A DNA stretch of 63,442 bases, filler included, from Pelomyxa schiedti (lineage: Eukaryota > Protista > Evosea): NCBI GenBank assembly GCA_020536535.1. It is 8 parts of 8 records of this genome, joined end to end, with 100 filler letters (N's around TTAATTAATTAA, not from the genome) between each part and the next. Parts side by side here need not be neighbours in the genome. Positions count along the whole stretch, not along the records: positions 1 to 25,713 come from JAHLWZ010000092.1; positions 25,814 to 26,907 come from JAHLWZ010002843.1; positions 27,008 to 39,765 come from JAHLWZ010000207.1; 5 more parts are not named here. One strand, written 5' to 3'. Within the stretch, counting starts at the first letter, position 1. Every line of letters starts with the position of its first letter. The notes beneath the pieces are model-generated. The model ran no database searches and was not told where the DNA came from. It was given only the letters and a program-made list of their open reading frames with translations. A program made the position numbers and the translations under genes. Positions 24,642 to 36,734 of the stretch are shown piece by piece.

Positions 24642-24959
24642 ATGACCTTCAAAGAAAAACCAAAGCCTGTAGGTGTCAGTGGCCTTACTGACATTGTGGT
24701 TATCCCATCAGTCCCACCACCCCCACCTCCACCTCCACCTCCACCTCCACCTCCACCTCCACCCCCACCTCCACAACCCCAACCACCACAAAACCATACC
24801 CAAACACAGACCTTGGTTGAAACAGAGGCTCCACCAGAGACACAAGCACATGCCCTTTTCGTGCAGCTGGAGGCTCCACCAGCACAGGTAGCAGTACAAC
24901 AAGTTACTGAGAGCACTCAGCTTTATGATGCCACTCTTCCAAGACCAACATTCTCATGA
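24642..24959 (+). other. (CCACCT)n tract in a short polyproline ORF; coding status unclear
   Basis: Hexamer repeat at about 24716-24775 within a 105-aa ORF. Confidence 0.3.
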
Positions 24960-25314
24960 AACACAGCAGCAAGTACCTCATTATAATACCAGGTCACAGG
25001 CCAAGAAGGCCAACAAGACATCAGTGAGGGCCAGATCCAAAAAGCCTCGAAAATCCACAACACACACCTAATGTTCCAACACACCCTTGAAGGCTGACTG
25101 TCCATGTCTCAGAAAAAAAAAATTCTTTTTTCTGGATTTTTTTTTTTCCTGGACTGGTGACTTATGGGAAAAATCCTTTCTCCCTTCCAGACACGAGGAC
25201 TGCGGCAGGACCAGGCACAGTTTCTGGTCCACCCTTTGGGCCAGCTAAATCCATAAGAGCAGAATTTTCCCGCCACCCACGACTGAGAACAAGACTCGGA
25301 TTCATCAAAACAAA

Positions 25315-26350
25315 TTTTTTATTTTGCCTGATGTTGAAAACCAACTTCGGGCCAGGCCACATCATGGAGAGGTGTAGGTTGGGAATGTGGAAGTGTGGAG
25401 TGTAGGAGCCCATGGAGTGGTGGGTGTGTAGGAGCAAGAGCGAGAGCGAGAGCAAGAGAATAAGAGAATGAGAGAATGAGAGTGAGTGAGAGAATGAGAG
25501 GGAGTGAGAGAATGAGAGAATGCGAGAGTGAGAGCACTAGAGTGAGAGAGAATGAGAGTGAGAGCAAGAGCAAGGGGCGTTAGTGCCGAGGGGAAGTGGG
25601 TGGAGGCGGAAGTAAAGCCTGACATTGCACTCTGTTCAGCAGTCCTTCTGGCATCCAGGGTCCTGTTGTTGTTGAGTGGGGTGATAATAAAAAGGGAATG
25701 TACCTTGGTAATANNNNNNNNNNNNNNNNNNNNNNNNNNNNNNNNNNNNNNNNNNNNTTAATTAATTAANNNNNNNNNNNNNNNNNNNNNNNNNNNNNNN
25801 NNNNNNNNNNNNNCCACTAAACCATGACAGGTAAATGCGAAGACTGTCCCTGCCCTTTTCTGCATTTCTGGCACTTTGTGACCTCCTTCTGGTTGGTGGC
25901 TTCTTCTTCTTCTTCTTTTTTTTTGACTTTTTCTACAGGCTAAAGATATTATTTTGGTGTAGGCCGACCTGCCTCAATCTATGACCAAGGTACATTCCCT
26001 TTTTAACATCACCCCACTAAACGACAACAGGACCCTGGATGCCAGAAGGGCTGATGAACAGAGTGCAATGTCAGGCTTTACTTCCGCCTCCACCCACTTC
26101 ACCTCGGCACTAACACCCCTTGCTCTCACTCTCGCTCTCTCGCGCTCTCTCGCGCTCTCTCGCGCTCTCTCACGCTCTCTCGCGCTCTCTCACGCTCTCT
26201 CGCGCTCTCTCACGCTCTCGCTCTCTCACGCTCTCGCTCTCGCTCTCGCTCTCTCACTCCTACACACCCCCCACCACTGGGCTCCTGCACTCCACGCTTC
26301 CATTCCTGGCCTGAAGTTTGTTTTCCACTTCAGGCAAAAGAAAAAAAAAA
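25315..26350. repeat. ~400-bp inverted repeat pair around a gap, each arm with a GA/TC microsatellite
   Basis: 25315-25709 is the reverse complement of about 25984-26350; both translate to SGFTSASTHF.SALTPLAL. Confidence 0.8.
25714..25814. other. Assembly gap with artificial TTAATTAATTAA linker
   Basis: Same linker in gaps near 26908, 39766, 42298, 44163, 59183 and 62155. Plain N gaps at 2170, 3045, 19497 and 33844. Confidence 0.95.
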
Positions 26351-26419
26351 TATTTGCTTTAAGAAAGTACATGGGGCAGAGGGGCTGGAACAGGGACCAC
26401 CAGGGGACCACTGTGTGTC

Positions 26420-26907
26420 CACATTGGGAGCTCCCACATCGAGCCCATTGTGATTTTACCTCCACCTTCTCCACTTGGATATTGTTTTTTCACATTTTGA
26501 GACCACCCTTTGGGAACAGCTTGGAACCCACTCTGGGTGTGATTCGAAATCACAGTGCACAATAGTAGCAGAGTTTCGGTAGTACATCCTCAACTGAGAT
26601 GTGATCGAGGGTCAATTAATCAAGTACCCCCACTTTGTTGAGTTGTATGCCACAAAAAGCGGGGCCACACACCATTGAATGGAATCTTTCTCTTCCACTT
26701 GTGTCTTTTTTTTTTTTTTTTAGTATTGTTACCCTTGAAATTAAGGAAAATGCCATACCCCAAATACCTATCTTGACACTTCTGTGCGCATCAATAGGTG
26801 CCACTCCTCGCACGAAACTGGCACCAACTGTGGACTCCTGGGTTTCAAGGAAGTCCAGCCCAACGAGTCTCTCTGAGATGCAGGTTTTTCCAGTTCCACT
26901 GGCTCCC
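26420..26907 (-). CDS. Rab/Ras-like small GTPase, partial (5' end in a gap)
   Basis: P-loop GASGTGKT, switch I ESTVGASF, G3 IW|DTSGRERFHSM across an intron, then LRMYYRNSATIV. 3' end uncertain. Confidence 0.75.
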
Positions 26908-27187
26908 NNNNNNNNNNNNNNNNNNNNNNNNNNNNNNNNNNNNNNNNNNNNTTAATTAATTAANNNNNNNNNNNNNNNNNNNNNNNNNNNNNNNNNNNNN
27001 NNNNNNNCTCCGCTTCCAGTGTGAGTGAAGAAAGAACTTCTATACCATCACAAAAGGAAAATCCAAGTTATAGTTAGAAAGATTTCTACAAAAAAACAGA
27101 GTGTGAACAGCAACTACAACAACAACAATAATATAAAAAAAGATCACCCAACAACCGAACTAAGAAGTAAGAAGAGAACAGAGCATT

Positions 27188-27700
27188 TCAAAACAGGGGT
27201 GCTAACACACTTTCCAGCATAATCAAGGCATGAGGAACCAACGAAGGATGGGCCGCACACAACAGGCTGATCTCCCCAAACACCCCGTTCATCCTCCCCA
27301 AGTGGTGGTTGTGCCCCGTGCCCCCCGGCCCTCCCGCCCCCGTGCCCGTGCCGAGAGTCAGCCCCGTCCCCGTCCCCGTCCCCGTGCCCGTGCCCGTGCC
27401 CGTGACTGTATTCGCGGTGCCGCCGTTGGAGGTGGTGGGGCCCAGGAACCGCGGGCTGTTGCTGTTGCTGGCGCAGCGGGGGCTGTTGGCGGTGCCGTTG
27501 GGGGTGGTGCCTGTGGGCATGGACCGCAGGTTGGTCCAGGTCAGCGCGTCGCTGCTTGTTTTCTTCGTTTTTGGTGGCCTTTGCTTTTGATTTGTGGCTG
27601 TGTGGGGGCTGGGGTCTCTCCCTTGTGTTGCTTTGTTGCTGTTGGATGGGAGGAGGGTGTTGTTGGTTGTTGGTGAATTTCTGGTGCTGAATTGTGCAGC
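27188..27700 (-). CDS. GC-rich low-complexity exon (Gly-Thr repeats), possibly a 5' exon of the GTPase gene
   Basis: Open frame of over 150 codons with a GTGTGT run. Same strand as the GTPase and just upstream of the gap. Confidence 0.35.
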   Translation of the reverse strand, partial: AAQFSTRNSPTTNNTLLPSNSNKATQGRDPSPHTATNQKQRPPKTKKTSSDALTWTNLRSMPTGTTPNGTANSPRCASNSNSPRFLGPTTSNGGTANTVTGTGTGTGTGTGTGLTLGTGTGAGGPGGTGHNHHLGRMNGVFGEISLLCAAHPSLVPHALIMLESVLAPLF

Positions 27701-27902
27701 AATAAATTATTTTATTTTGGTGCTCCGTTTTAGCGGAAAGTTTTTCGATAGCGTGCCGAAACGCAGTGATCTTGGTTTGGCGAAAAGGAAAATCATGGAG
27801 GTGGGTGTGAAGCCTTTTTTGATCAACATGAAGTGGTTGTTAAATTGGCATTGGTTACTTCTGTATTCTTTGGTTGTGTGTGCCTCGTCGAATTTGAGCA
27901 TT

Positions 27903-29761
27903 CTATTCTGACAGTGGAATGAAAGTGGCTGTGGCACCTACGTTGCGCAGTGCTACTGCTGCATGTAGGCCACGTTTTGGGTCAAACGTGCCTTCATGTT
28001 CAACTTGTATGGTCTTGTCTGCTACACTAAATGTGCCTTCCATTGTGGCCAGGTTAACTTGTACAACTATGTATTTCTTGCCGATCCCAACTTTGCCTTC
28101 TGAGATGTACCATCCTGGCCGGTATTTGCGTATCCAACCGTTGGCGTTGAGTGTATTACTGTCGGCAATCAAGCCAACATCAAGCTCGCCTCCTGCAGGG
28201 TCCACGGCCACGGAAAACTTGATTGTTCTGGTCCCTGGGGCTGGCTGCAATGGTTCCATCGACACGGCGGTTTGAATGAAAGCACAATCGCGTTGCTTAG
28301 TGACTGTGAGTCCATCGCCACTGAAATCAAAGTGCAGTCTCCCAGCGTCACCAGTATACAACCTATTCCATCTCGGTATAATGTAGGCATTCGAGGGAGT
28401 AACTACTGTCCGGCTTGGGGTGCCAATTTCGTTTATTGCCACAATGAGAGCATCGAAGTTCCCAGGGGTTGGGAGATTCTGAATATCAATACATGGTTCT
28501 AGGGGCAACGTAGTACGAGATATTTCCAGCAGCCTTTTACTGGCACTTCGTATCTATGGAAGGTAAACTTTTTGTTTCATGCATAGCGGTACTTGAATTA
28601 GATTCACAAGATCCATGGACTGTAGTGCGGAGCTTAGCTTCGATTGCAAGCTTGTATGTGTATTTATCAACATATTTATAGAATCTCGTTGTAATTGCAA
28701 TCCGTTATCTAAATTTTCATGATTCATGAATTGAATTTGAGGAGTTTGTTACCAAGAGCCGCCTCATGATCCCTTACTTGAGTGGTAAGGGTTTTCAATC
28801 GCGAAATTGCAGCATCACAAAGAGATCGGAATCCTAACTCAAGAGATTGTATTCTCTCTGCTGTGGTGAAGGCTAGTTGTTCTCTTGATCTCGATATGCT
28901 CTCGGCTGCTTCTGTTTCCATCTTTATTTGAGTTTCAAAGTCTTGAACAAGACCTATGTGAAGTGGTAGAGGTTTTGAATGTTACCTCAACCCTCACTTA
29001 GTAAATGTGCCTTTTCGGATTCCAAGAAATCCTCAAGTGGAACGCACGAATGTTCCCTGTGGCTTGTTCTTTCACACAAAGAGCATACAGGACAGTCATC
29101 AACCGCGCAGTACCACTTCAATTCCTCCTTTGGATGCTTCTGGCATACATGTTTTTGCACAACTCCGCTGGGTGGAATATTTTCGCCCTGCAAGTCATTA
29201 TTGCAGTCGGGTGAGTTCAAACCAACTTTGTGACTTTTCAGCCTAGGTGCAAGGTGGTGTTTCCTAAAACAGCTCTCACAAAAGACGGCTCCTGCGCAAG
29301 GGGGTTCCCTGCATACGATTGTAGCAGGACTAGCAAGCGTTTCTTCGCTTTCGCAATATCCAAGTGAGCACAAAGACTTCAGTGTCTATGAAAGGAAATT
29401 TGTGCAGTACATTAATACGCATACAAAAAGTAGTACGGAAGGGCACCATTTCCCTCTTCACTCTCTCCACCACGTTTTTAATGGTAGTGTTTTTTGTCAC
29501 AGAGTCAGTGAGTGGCGTTTTCACACCGCACTTGAACACGCACTCCACAAGCTGAGATCTGCCGTCATTTTCAGTACCGGTACTAGTAGCGGTACACGTA
29601 GATCTGGACGCAGTACTGCCGGGATCTACCCCACGAGCGAGCATCCGTTGTACCGCAGCAACGCCTTGGAAGCAGTTAAGGCACAGACTGTGACCACACA
29701 GCAGGTCAATCGGTTCATCAAATAACCCCAAACACACCGGGCACGTGACTACGTCTTGCAT
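27903..29761 (-). CDS. TRIM-like protein: RING, two B-boxes, coiled coil, SPRY-like C-terminus
   Basis: RING CPVC-x11-CGH-x2-C-x2-C. B-boxes (FCESCFRKHH; CQKH..YC..DDCPVCSLC...H..H). Helical exons, then a beta-rich domain. Five phase-consistent exons. Confidence 0.85.
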
Positions 29762-30062
29762 TTCGAATGTCGTTTTCGTAGAAGCAGAAAGGTGATGTTC
29801 TCCAGATTGTACAAGGCGAGCGCAAACAAAGAAAAAAAAACGAACCATCTGATGTGTCCGATTCCTGTTTTTTTGACAGGCTGGGAGGGTGATTAGATGG
29901 CTTCTTGTCCCAGATAGCAAAGGTTCCCAAACAAGTCCCTCCTTACACCTGCTTTCCGGGCATTGTGGGAAATGATTGACAACCAACAGAACATCAATGA
30001 ATTCAGTGGCGCAACGATTTCCAAAAAAAAAAACAGGACAAACAAAAAAAAAAAAACCGACG

Positions 30063-31053
30063 ATGAGCGGGGCTGTGTTTGTGTGCGTGCTGTTGTTAAT
30101 TGCGGTGGTGGCAGGAGATTTCATCAGTGGTTGTGGGTACTGTCTCAATGTTCCCTATGAGGTACCTTTTGCTTCTACTGGTGGTTGTTTTTCCTCCACT
30201 TTTGTCTAACTTCCATCTCTTCAGCATCAACCAAACGAGTATGTACTTTTTTAGTTGTTTTTCCCCGTTTTTTGTCTTTCTTTGCGCTCATTCATTATGC
30301 ACAGTTATACCTGTGGTCCAACTTCTTTATCCATGACAATGCAGTTTTACGGCTATGTAATAAAGCTTTGGTCAAAATATGTAACGTAACAATGTTAGGC
30401 TATATCACCTACTGATATCTGCACCTACCTGAATTCGTATGTTTCCCTCTCTCCATGCAATAGTATTTCCCTTAAAACAGGTGCAATGATCCAAACGGAG
30501 TATCCGAGTCTCAGCTGGTTTCGGTAATATTTGTCAAACATGTGGACGAGCATTAATTTTAAATAGGCAGCTCACCATTTTGGCTTCCCAGAGGCCAGTG
30601 TACAAATAGGTGGACATTTGTTGAGCAATGCCTTTGGGGTATGTGGACATTCATCCGTTATTATTGTCTTATGACGTTTTTACAGCACAACCACAGTGCA
30701 GTAGTACATATTGAAGTGGTGGTATGAAGACGCGTGCGAAATATACCTTCAATTAAACAGGTTGTAGGCAAATGAATACCCTGTTATTTATGGAGGAGGC
30801 CCCGCATATCACAGCTTCACAGGCGGCCACTACATAGAATCACATGGTCTGGGATGCGATGCCTCACACAACGTCCTGTGTATGTTCACCACTACTATAT
30901 GGACAAAAGGTCACACTAACTCCCTTAGTCATTTACAACAACGACCCCTCTTCCATTGGCTACAAGGACATTGAATACACCAAGGAGTCCTATGATGAGG
31001 CCTGGGCAGTCAAGGACAACCACTTCATTGTACTCTACGACATTCCCTCATAA
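30063..31053 (+). CDS. Secreted C39-like (papain-fold) cysteine peptidase, multi-exon
   Basis: Signal peptide MSGAVFVCVLLLIAVVAG; spliced VPYE|HQPND|YTCGPTSLSMTMQFYGY; then PVIY, GGHYI, YNNDP, YDEAW. Confidence 0.8.
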
Positions 31054-31118
31054 ACTTGCAATAAGAAAAGGGAAAACTCCATTCAAGTTAATAAAAGAAA
31101 GTCTATTTAGTTTGCCCC

Positions 31119-34100
31119 TCAGTTCTTTGTGTTTGGCCAAACAGAAGGAGTGCCCCTGGGGAGGTTCTGTGAAGGCAGGGGAGGTGACCCAACAGGTGGC
31201 ACCTTGGAGGCCATTGGCCTTTGTGAGGAAGGGTGGAACTCCGGCGCGATAGGGTTGAACAGTTCGCCTACTTGCGGAGTGTGTGAATTGGCTGTTGCTG
31301 TTGCTGTTCCCGTTCCTGATCCCGATCCCGGCGTTGGTGTGGATGGTGGAGAGGACATTGGCGAGAGTATGGGCGTGCTGGATGAAGCCGGGATGGAAAC
31401 CGGCATGGTGAGGGTGGTTTCTGCTGAATCGCTCTTGTGGTCTACCAGTCCGTTGTTGCCTGTTGGGGTTACTGGGTAAGTTCACAAAAGGGAATAGAAC
31501 GGGCAAACTTGTTGTATCGGATTGGTTCCGGGTCTTTGAGAAGAAAACGAACTGCTGACCATTACCTTGTAAGGGTGTCAAGATTTGTTGGGGGAATTTA
31601 CTTGCATACTGGTTCTTGTGGGGTTTTTGTGAGCATTAAACGTATCGGCGGATTGAGGGAGGGAAGGAGACGGAACTGGTGAGGGAATTGGGCTCACTGC
31701 TGGCGATGGACTGCGCGAAGGAGAGCTTGGGGGAGACAACAAGGAGGGACTTGCTGCTGATGTTGCGCAATTGTTTGGCGCCAAAGGAGTTAAGGGAGGT
31801 GTTTTGTCCTTGTCCGTTTGGAGGCAGGGAAGCACTGGTGAGGTTATCGGCGTTGGAATGCCGGAAGATGAAGAGGAGATAAAAATTGGGCGGTCATTAA
31901 AAGTTTCTGGAGGAGTTGAGAGTGCTCTTGGGGCTGTTGACACATTGGGAGTCCCTGGTTTGCCGAATGATCTTTATTGTTCGGGAGAGTGAAAGTGTAA
32001 GTATGAAGTTAGAATAAACTAGAAGGAACTTGTGTGCGGAGTCACTATTTAACCTTTGCTCCGGAACTCCTTGAAGAGAATGAGTTAAAGGGCGGGGGGG
32101 GGTGCATTATTGTATACCAAATGCAGGAAACTCCGAAGATAAGGTTGGGAACGCTTTCATGTAAGAGCCAACACGACTTGGTTGTGCAGCAGTTGTAGGG
32201 TGTTTCCAAAGAACCGGGGGTTTTGGTGCACTGGTACCAGATGGCACCTTTAGCCCATCGTTATTCTTTTCCTCCTCGCCTTCTCCAAAGTCAAGGTCAA
32301 TAAGCTTGGACAATTCTTTTTCGATGAGTGATGGCTGGGTAGTATCCTGTGCAGTATCTTGCATGGCATCTTCGTTTCCAACTTCGGGGGAGGGTGTGGG
32401 TATCGTGCTTTGAGAAGATGCAGAGAAAACATTAGGGTGCAGTGCATAGGGAGGAAGAACCTTGGAATCAAACGGTGTTGATGGAGTGCAAATGGGTGGC
32501 GGTGGGAAGTGGGTGGGCATGGGAGGTTTGGTCTCATTACTTCCAGGCCCAACTCCAGATGGACCGACCGGAGCAACAACTGTAATCTTTCCTCCGGTGT
32601 TGCTGTTCTGTATCAGCTGCAGAGGTACAAGTGCAGACTTTCCAAGTGCAATGGAAGGTGTTGGAGGCGTCGTATATGACGGTAGCACATTCAAACCTGC
32701 TGGAAAGAAGTGCAGTGTTAAGCCCGTCACATATGGATATTGGAATAGAGATAATTTTTGGACACGTGAAAGTATGGAGAGGAACTCGTGTACCAGAGAG
32801 ATGGTCCAGAATCACGTCACCATGTTTTAGAGTTTGGGGTGAGGCCGTTGGAGTAGGCGCAGCAGCAGCAAGCCCTGCCGTACTGAATGTCCGTGAGTCA
32901 TAAGACGCTGCAGCGTTACGAGTTATGCTGATAGTTGGGGAGGAGGTTGACACAGGAGGGCTGTTTGGATGGGGAGGAGATCGTGGTGACTGCAATGTAG
33001 GTGGAGATGACGAATGTGGCACAGGTGATGAGTTGGAGATTACAAATTTAGGTGCAGTTTGTGGGATTGTGGTCGGGGGAAGCGATTGAGTTTGTGGTAG
33101 GACATGCCTGATTTGTGTGGGTTGAGCTGTGGGGTGCAACGGTGCGAGAGGGGTAGGGGATTTTGGGGATTGGTTATTTGGGTAAAAGTGAGCATTGGAA
33201 TAAGCTGACATTGGGTAGGGAATTTGCATTTGAGGAATTCGCCCAGGTAACTTTGTCTGAGATCCCGATAGAGCGGTGTGAGGCAAGTCTAAAATTGAGA
33301 ATTAGTCAACAGCCCAAATTTTGAAAGGAAATGAGGAGGATAGCTTTCCTGCACTTTGATTCTGCTGCTGAACTCCCTGTTTATAAGGTCCTGGTTGTGG
33401 CATGGGGGATTGTTGACCTACCATGGGCTGCACTCGTGTCTGTTGTGGAATTGAAGTATTCCTTTGTGGAGAAAAGCCCACGAATTGGGAAATCGGGGGC
33501 TGGGGCTGAGTTTTGGGGGGAGGCTTTGTCCCGGTTGCAAGGGGTGATACTGCTTTTGCTGCTGGTGGTTGGGAGACAGGAGTAGGTTGTACTTTCGCCT
33601 GCGATGCATGCTGATTGGGGGATCCCTTCCGTGATTGGAGAGGGGGTGACGGTCCTTTTGGGTGCTGAAACTGTTGTTGGGCGGCCTTTTCTTGAATGGC
33701 TTGCTGTTGAGCAGCTTGTTGGGCCGCCTGTTGCGCAGCCAGTTGAGCAGCTTGCTGCTGAGCGCGAGCTTGCTTCGCTAATTTCTTTTGTTGTTTCTTC
33801 TGCTATTGTACTTGTAAGCAAAAAATATACTACAAGTTCTGTGNNNNNNNNNNNNNNNNNNNNNNNNNNNNNNNNNNNNNNNNNNNNNNNNNNNNNNNNN
33901 NNNNNNNNNNNNNNNNNNNNNNNNNNNNNNNNNNNNNNNNNNNGCCGCCTGTTGCGCAGCCAGTTGAGCAGCTTGCTGCTGAGCGCGAGCTTGCTTCGCT
34001 AATTTCTTTTGTTGTTTCTTCTGCTATTGTACTTGTAAGCAAAAAATATACTACAAGTTCTGTGCGTACCTTCATTACTTCGGAATGCAATGCAGTTGTC

Positions 34101-36507
34101 AGGTCATGCAAGACTTCCTCACAAACGTTATTGAACAAAACTTCTGACAACTAGAGGTGGTTAGTAACTGAGAAAAGTGGTGCCAGTGGTAACCTCCTTC
34201 CTCACTTCTTTCGCCAAAAGGAGTTCTTTTTTCTTCTCTTCTCTCTCAATCCTCTTTCTTTCTGCTTAAGCATAGATTTAGTTTGTTGAAAAGAAAACAA
34301 TCAATATACCGGCTTCTTCTTCTTCACGGGCTTTTTGTTTTCTGTAATCTTGTAGGGCCTTTGAAGCAACTTTATTGTGAAGAGTGCCTGTGACCTGAGA
34401 CACCAGTTAAACAATTCTTCCATTTTTACTACTAGTTTTACTTCATCCAACAACACAGTCCACATATCATCTTCGAGTATTTGAAGAGCTTTGTTGTGCA
34501 AGGCTTTTGTCTCCGGGTCAATTTCTGAATTGGAACATAAATCAAAACACGAAGAGGAGAAAATACAACCTTTACTTTTCTTAATTTTTGTGGGTTGCGA
34601 ACTCTTCGTTTCTGCGGTAAGATTAAGAACTATATTGGTTCGTATCATTAGTAAAATACCTTGAGAAGAGTTCACGTTTGGTTGATGGTCGGGTGAAGGC
34701 TGATGATTATTATCTTCGGTGTGTTTCACTGCAGTGGAAGGTTTAGGGGATGACGGCAAGGCCTGGTCAGATGGGCAACTCGGTGATTGAGGAGGTAGCG
34801 GCTGCTCCGCCTGGGGACTTTGAGTTCGAGAGGGTGGTGCTCCATTTATTGATAGTTGCGGAACAGGTGGCTGGGGTTGCTGTGCAGGTACCTGCGGAGT
34901 TGGTGAAACTGATGTATGCAGTTTTTGAGCTGAAGGTGGTATGTCTATTGGATTTGCTTGCTTTGATTCCTGCATTTACAATAAATTCACGTCAGTGGAA
35001 AAATGAGAAAGGAATGTAATCCAAACAATTGAAGTGGGAGTAATTTGCAACCTTACTATGTTGTTTTGTAACACGTTGACTTGCAAATGGTTTATCAGGC
35101 CGATGGCTTTCAGGGAATTTTTCTGACTTATGACTGCCTTCAGCTGATTTTTCCTCATGGCAAGCTTCAGAGAGTTTCTCTGAATCACAAAATAGTATAC
35201 GCTCAAGTTGTTCAATCTGTCGTCCTTTCTCAGAGAGCAGAAAAAAAAGATCATAAGAACTCGTACTTCTTCTTGGGTAAAAAATGATCGAAATTGGGAA
35301 TGAGGTGGCTTCTTAACTTTGTCTTGCTTTGGTTTCTGTTATTCTATCAATGCATTGTTCTCAAGAGGGGAGATGTGGGTGTGGTGCATCGAATCAAAAT
35401 AATACTAACCACGTTCGTGCCCCTCGAAGGTAACTGCGGAGCCAAAGTACTGAGATAATCTCCACACCGCTTAATGTGCGGCACATACACAGGCGTCAGA
35501 AAATCAGAGTACATAAGCTTGGTAAAAAAGTTGCCCATATATTCCACTTCCATGTCTTTTCGATGCATTAGGTTTTGTTCATGAAGATTGCTGGTTTCCA
35601 TAATCACACCGTCTAGTAGAGATCTAAGCATTGCTTCTACTGCTGCCCGGTGGTTTACTTTGAAGTGTGCCATGAACAAAGATTCTGTTGGAAATCTCTG
35701 TCCGTCTAAACGACATTTATATTTACCTGAAAAACAAATAAGATAAAATGCTTTGGTATGGGAATTGCATCACAAAACTCACCGTTTGAATGATCCATGT
35801 TTTCACTTATAAAATCCTCTACAATATCTTTCATAGCTTCCCTGCGTCTTTGCAACTTGATGGAAATAAGTTTGAATCATTTTGAACCTCGATACTTGAG
35901 AATTGATATCCGTTGGGCAATCAGAGTCATGAAACAACGCTACAGATATGTGTTGGTTTTTTGGGTTTTTTTTTTGGGGTGGGGGGAGGGAAGGGTCCTC
36001 ACATGATTTGGGGTCGTGAACCAGTTGCTTAAACAAAAATGGAGCTTTTGGGAGTTTGGAACCAATTCCATAACAAAGTTGCATCTATCGCACATGAGTA
36101 GGCAAAAATAGCTGGCACACGAGAGTATTAGAAATAAAATCCCGCACATCGGGCTGCAAAGGCGGAGGTTCGTCGCTACCAACGAAACACTCGCCAACGG
36201 TCGTCTGCTGAGCTGAACTCGGCCTAGGAGTGGTAGCCGGAGCCGGAGCCGATTCCGCTGTCGTCGTCTTCGGATCGGTGCCGGCCGTGCCCGCGCTCGT
36301 GTTGCCGCCGACAACAGGGGACGCACGCGGGCTGGTAACGGCCACAGCCGACGCGGGCGCAGTCGCCGCCGCGGCGGTGTTGCATTGGTGAGATCCAGAG
36401 GTTGCTGTTGTTGATGGTTGGCATTGAACCCCAACGTTGTACACAGTCTGAAACAGAGAGTTTATGTCGAGCTGGTACAACTGAGAGTGTCGCGTGGCCG
36501 TCAGCAT
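31119..36507 (-). CDS. Large Ser/Pro-rich protein with an Ars2/SERRATE-like zinc finger and a C-terminal PAM2-like motif
   Basis: Spliced IVEDFISENMDHSN|GKYKCRLDGQRFPTESLFMAHFKVNH, and FNPIAPEFHP at about 31230-31262. One gene across the 33844 gap is assumed. Confidence 0.6.
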
Positions 36508-36734
36508 CTCGCTCTTGCTTTGTTGTTTGCTTATTTTTTTGTCTTTGTGATTTGGGGTGTAATTCAGCAAAAGCACTGAAAATCAGCCAAGGCATCACAA
36601 AAAAAAACTGACAACACAAAACCCCGGACGCCCAAGCGCTGCCCTTTCGTTGTTTCGTCTAGACGAGGGTAAAATTTTGTTCGACAGGTGTCAAACTTCC
36701 CCGCGTTTGTCTTGTATTATTTTTTTAAAAAAAT

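Noticed and set aside
33700-34060. Direct repeat across the 33844 gap
   Set aside because: Essentially identical sequence on both sides of an N gap; most likely an unmerged contig overlap.
35850-35895. In-frame TGA readthrough or selenocysteine in the Ars2-like gene
   Set aside because: An ordinary ~40-nt phase-0 intron (GTATCG...CATCAAG) removes it.
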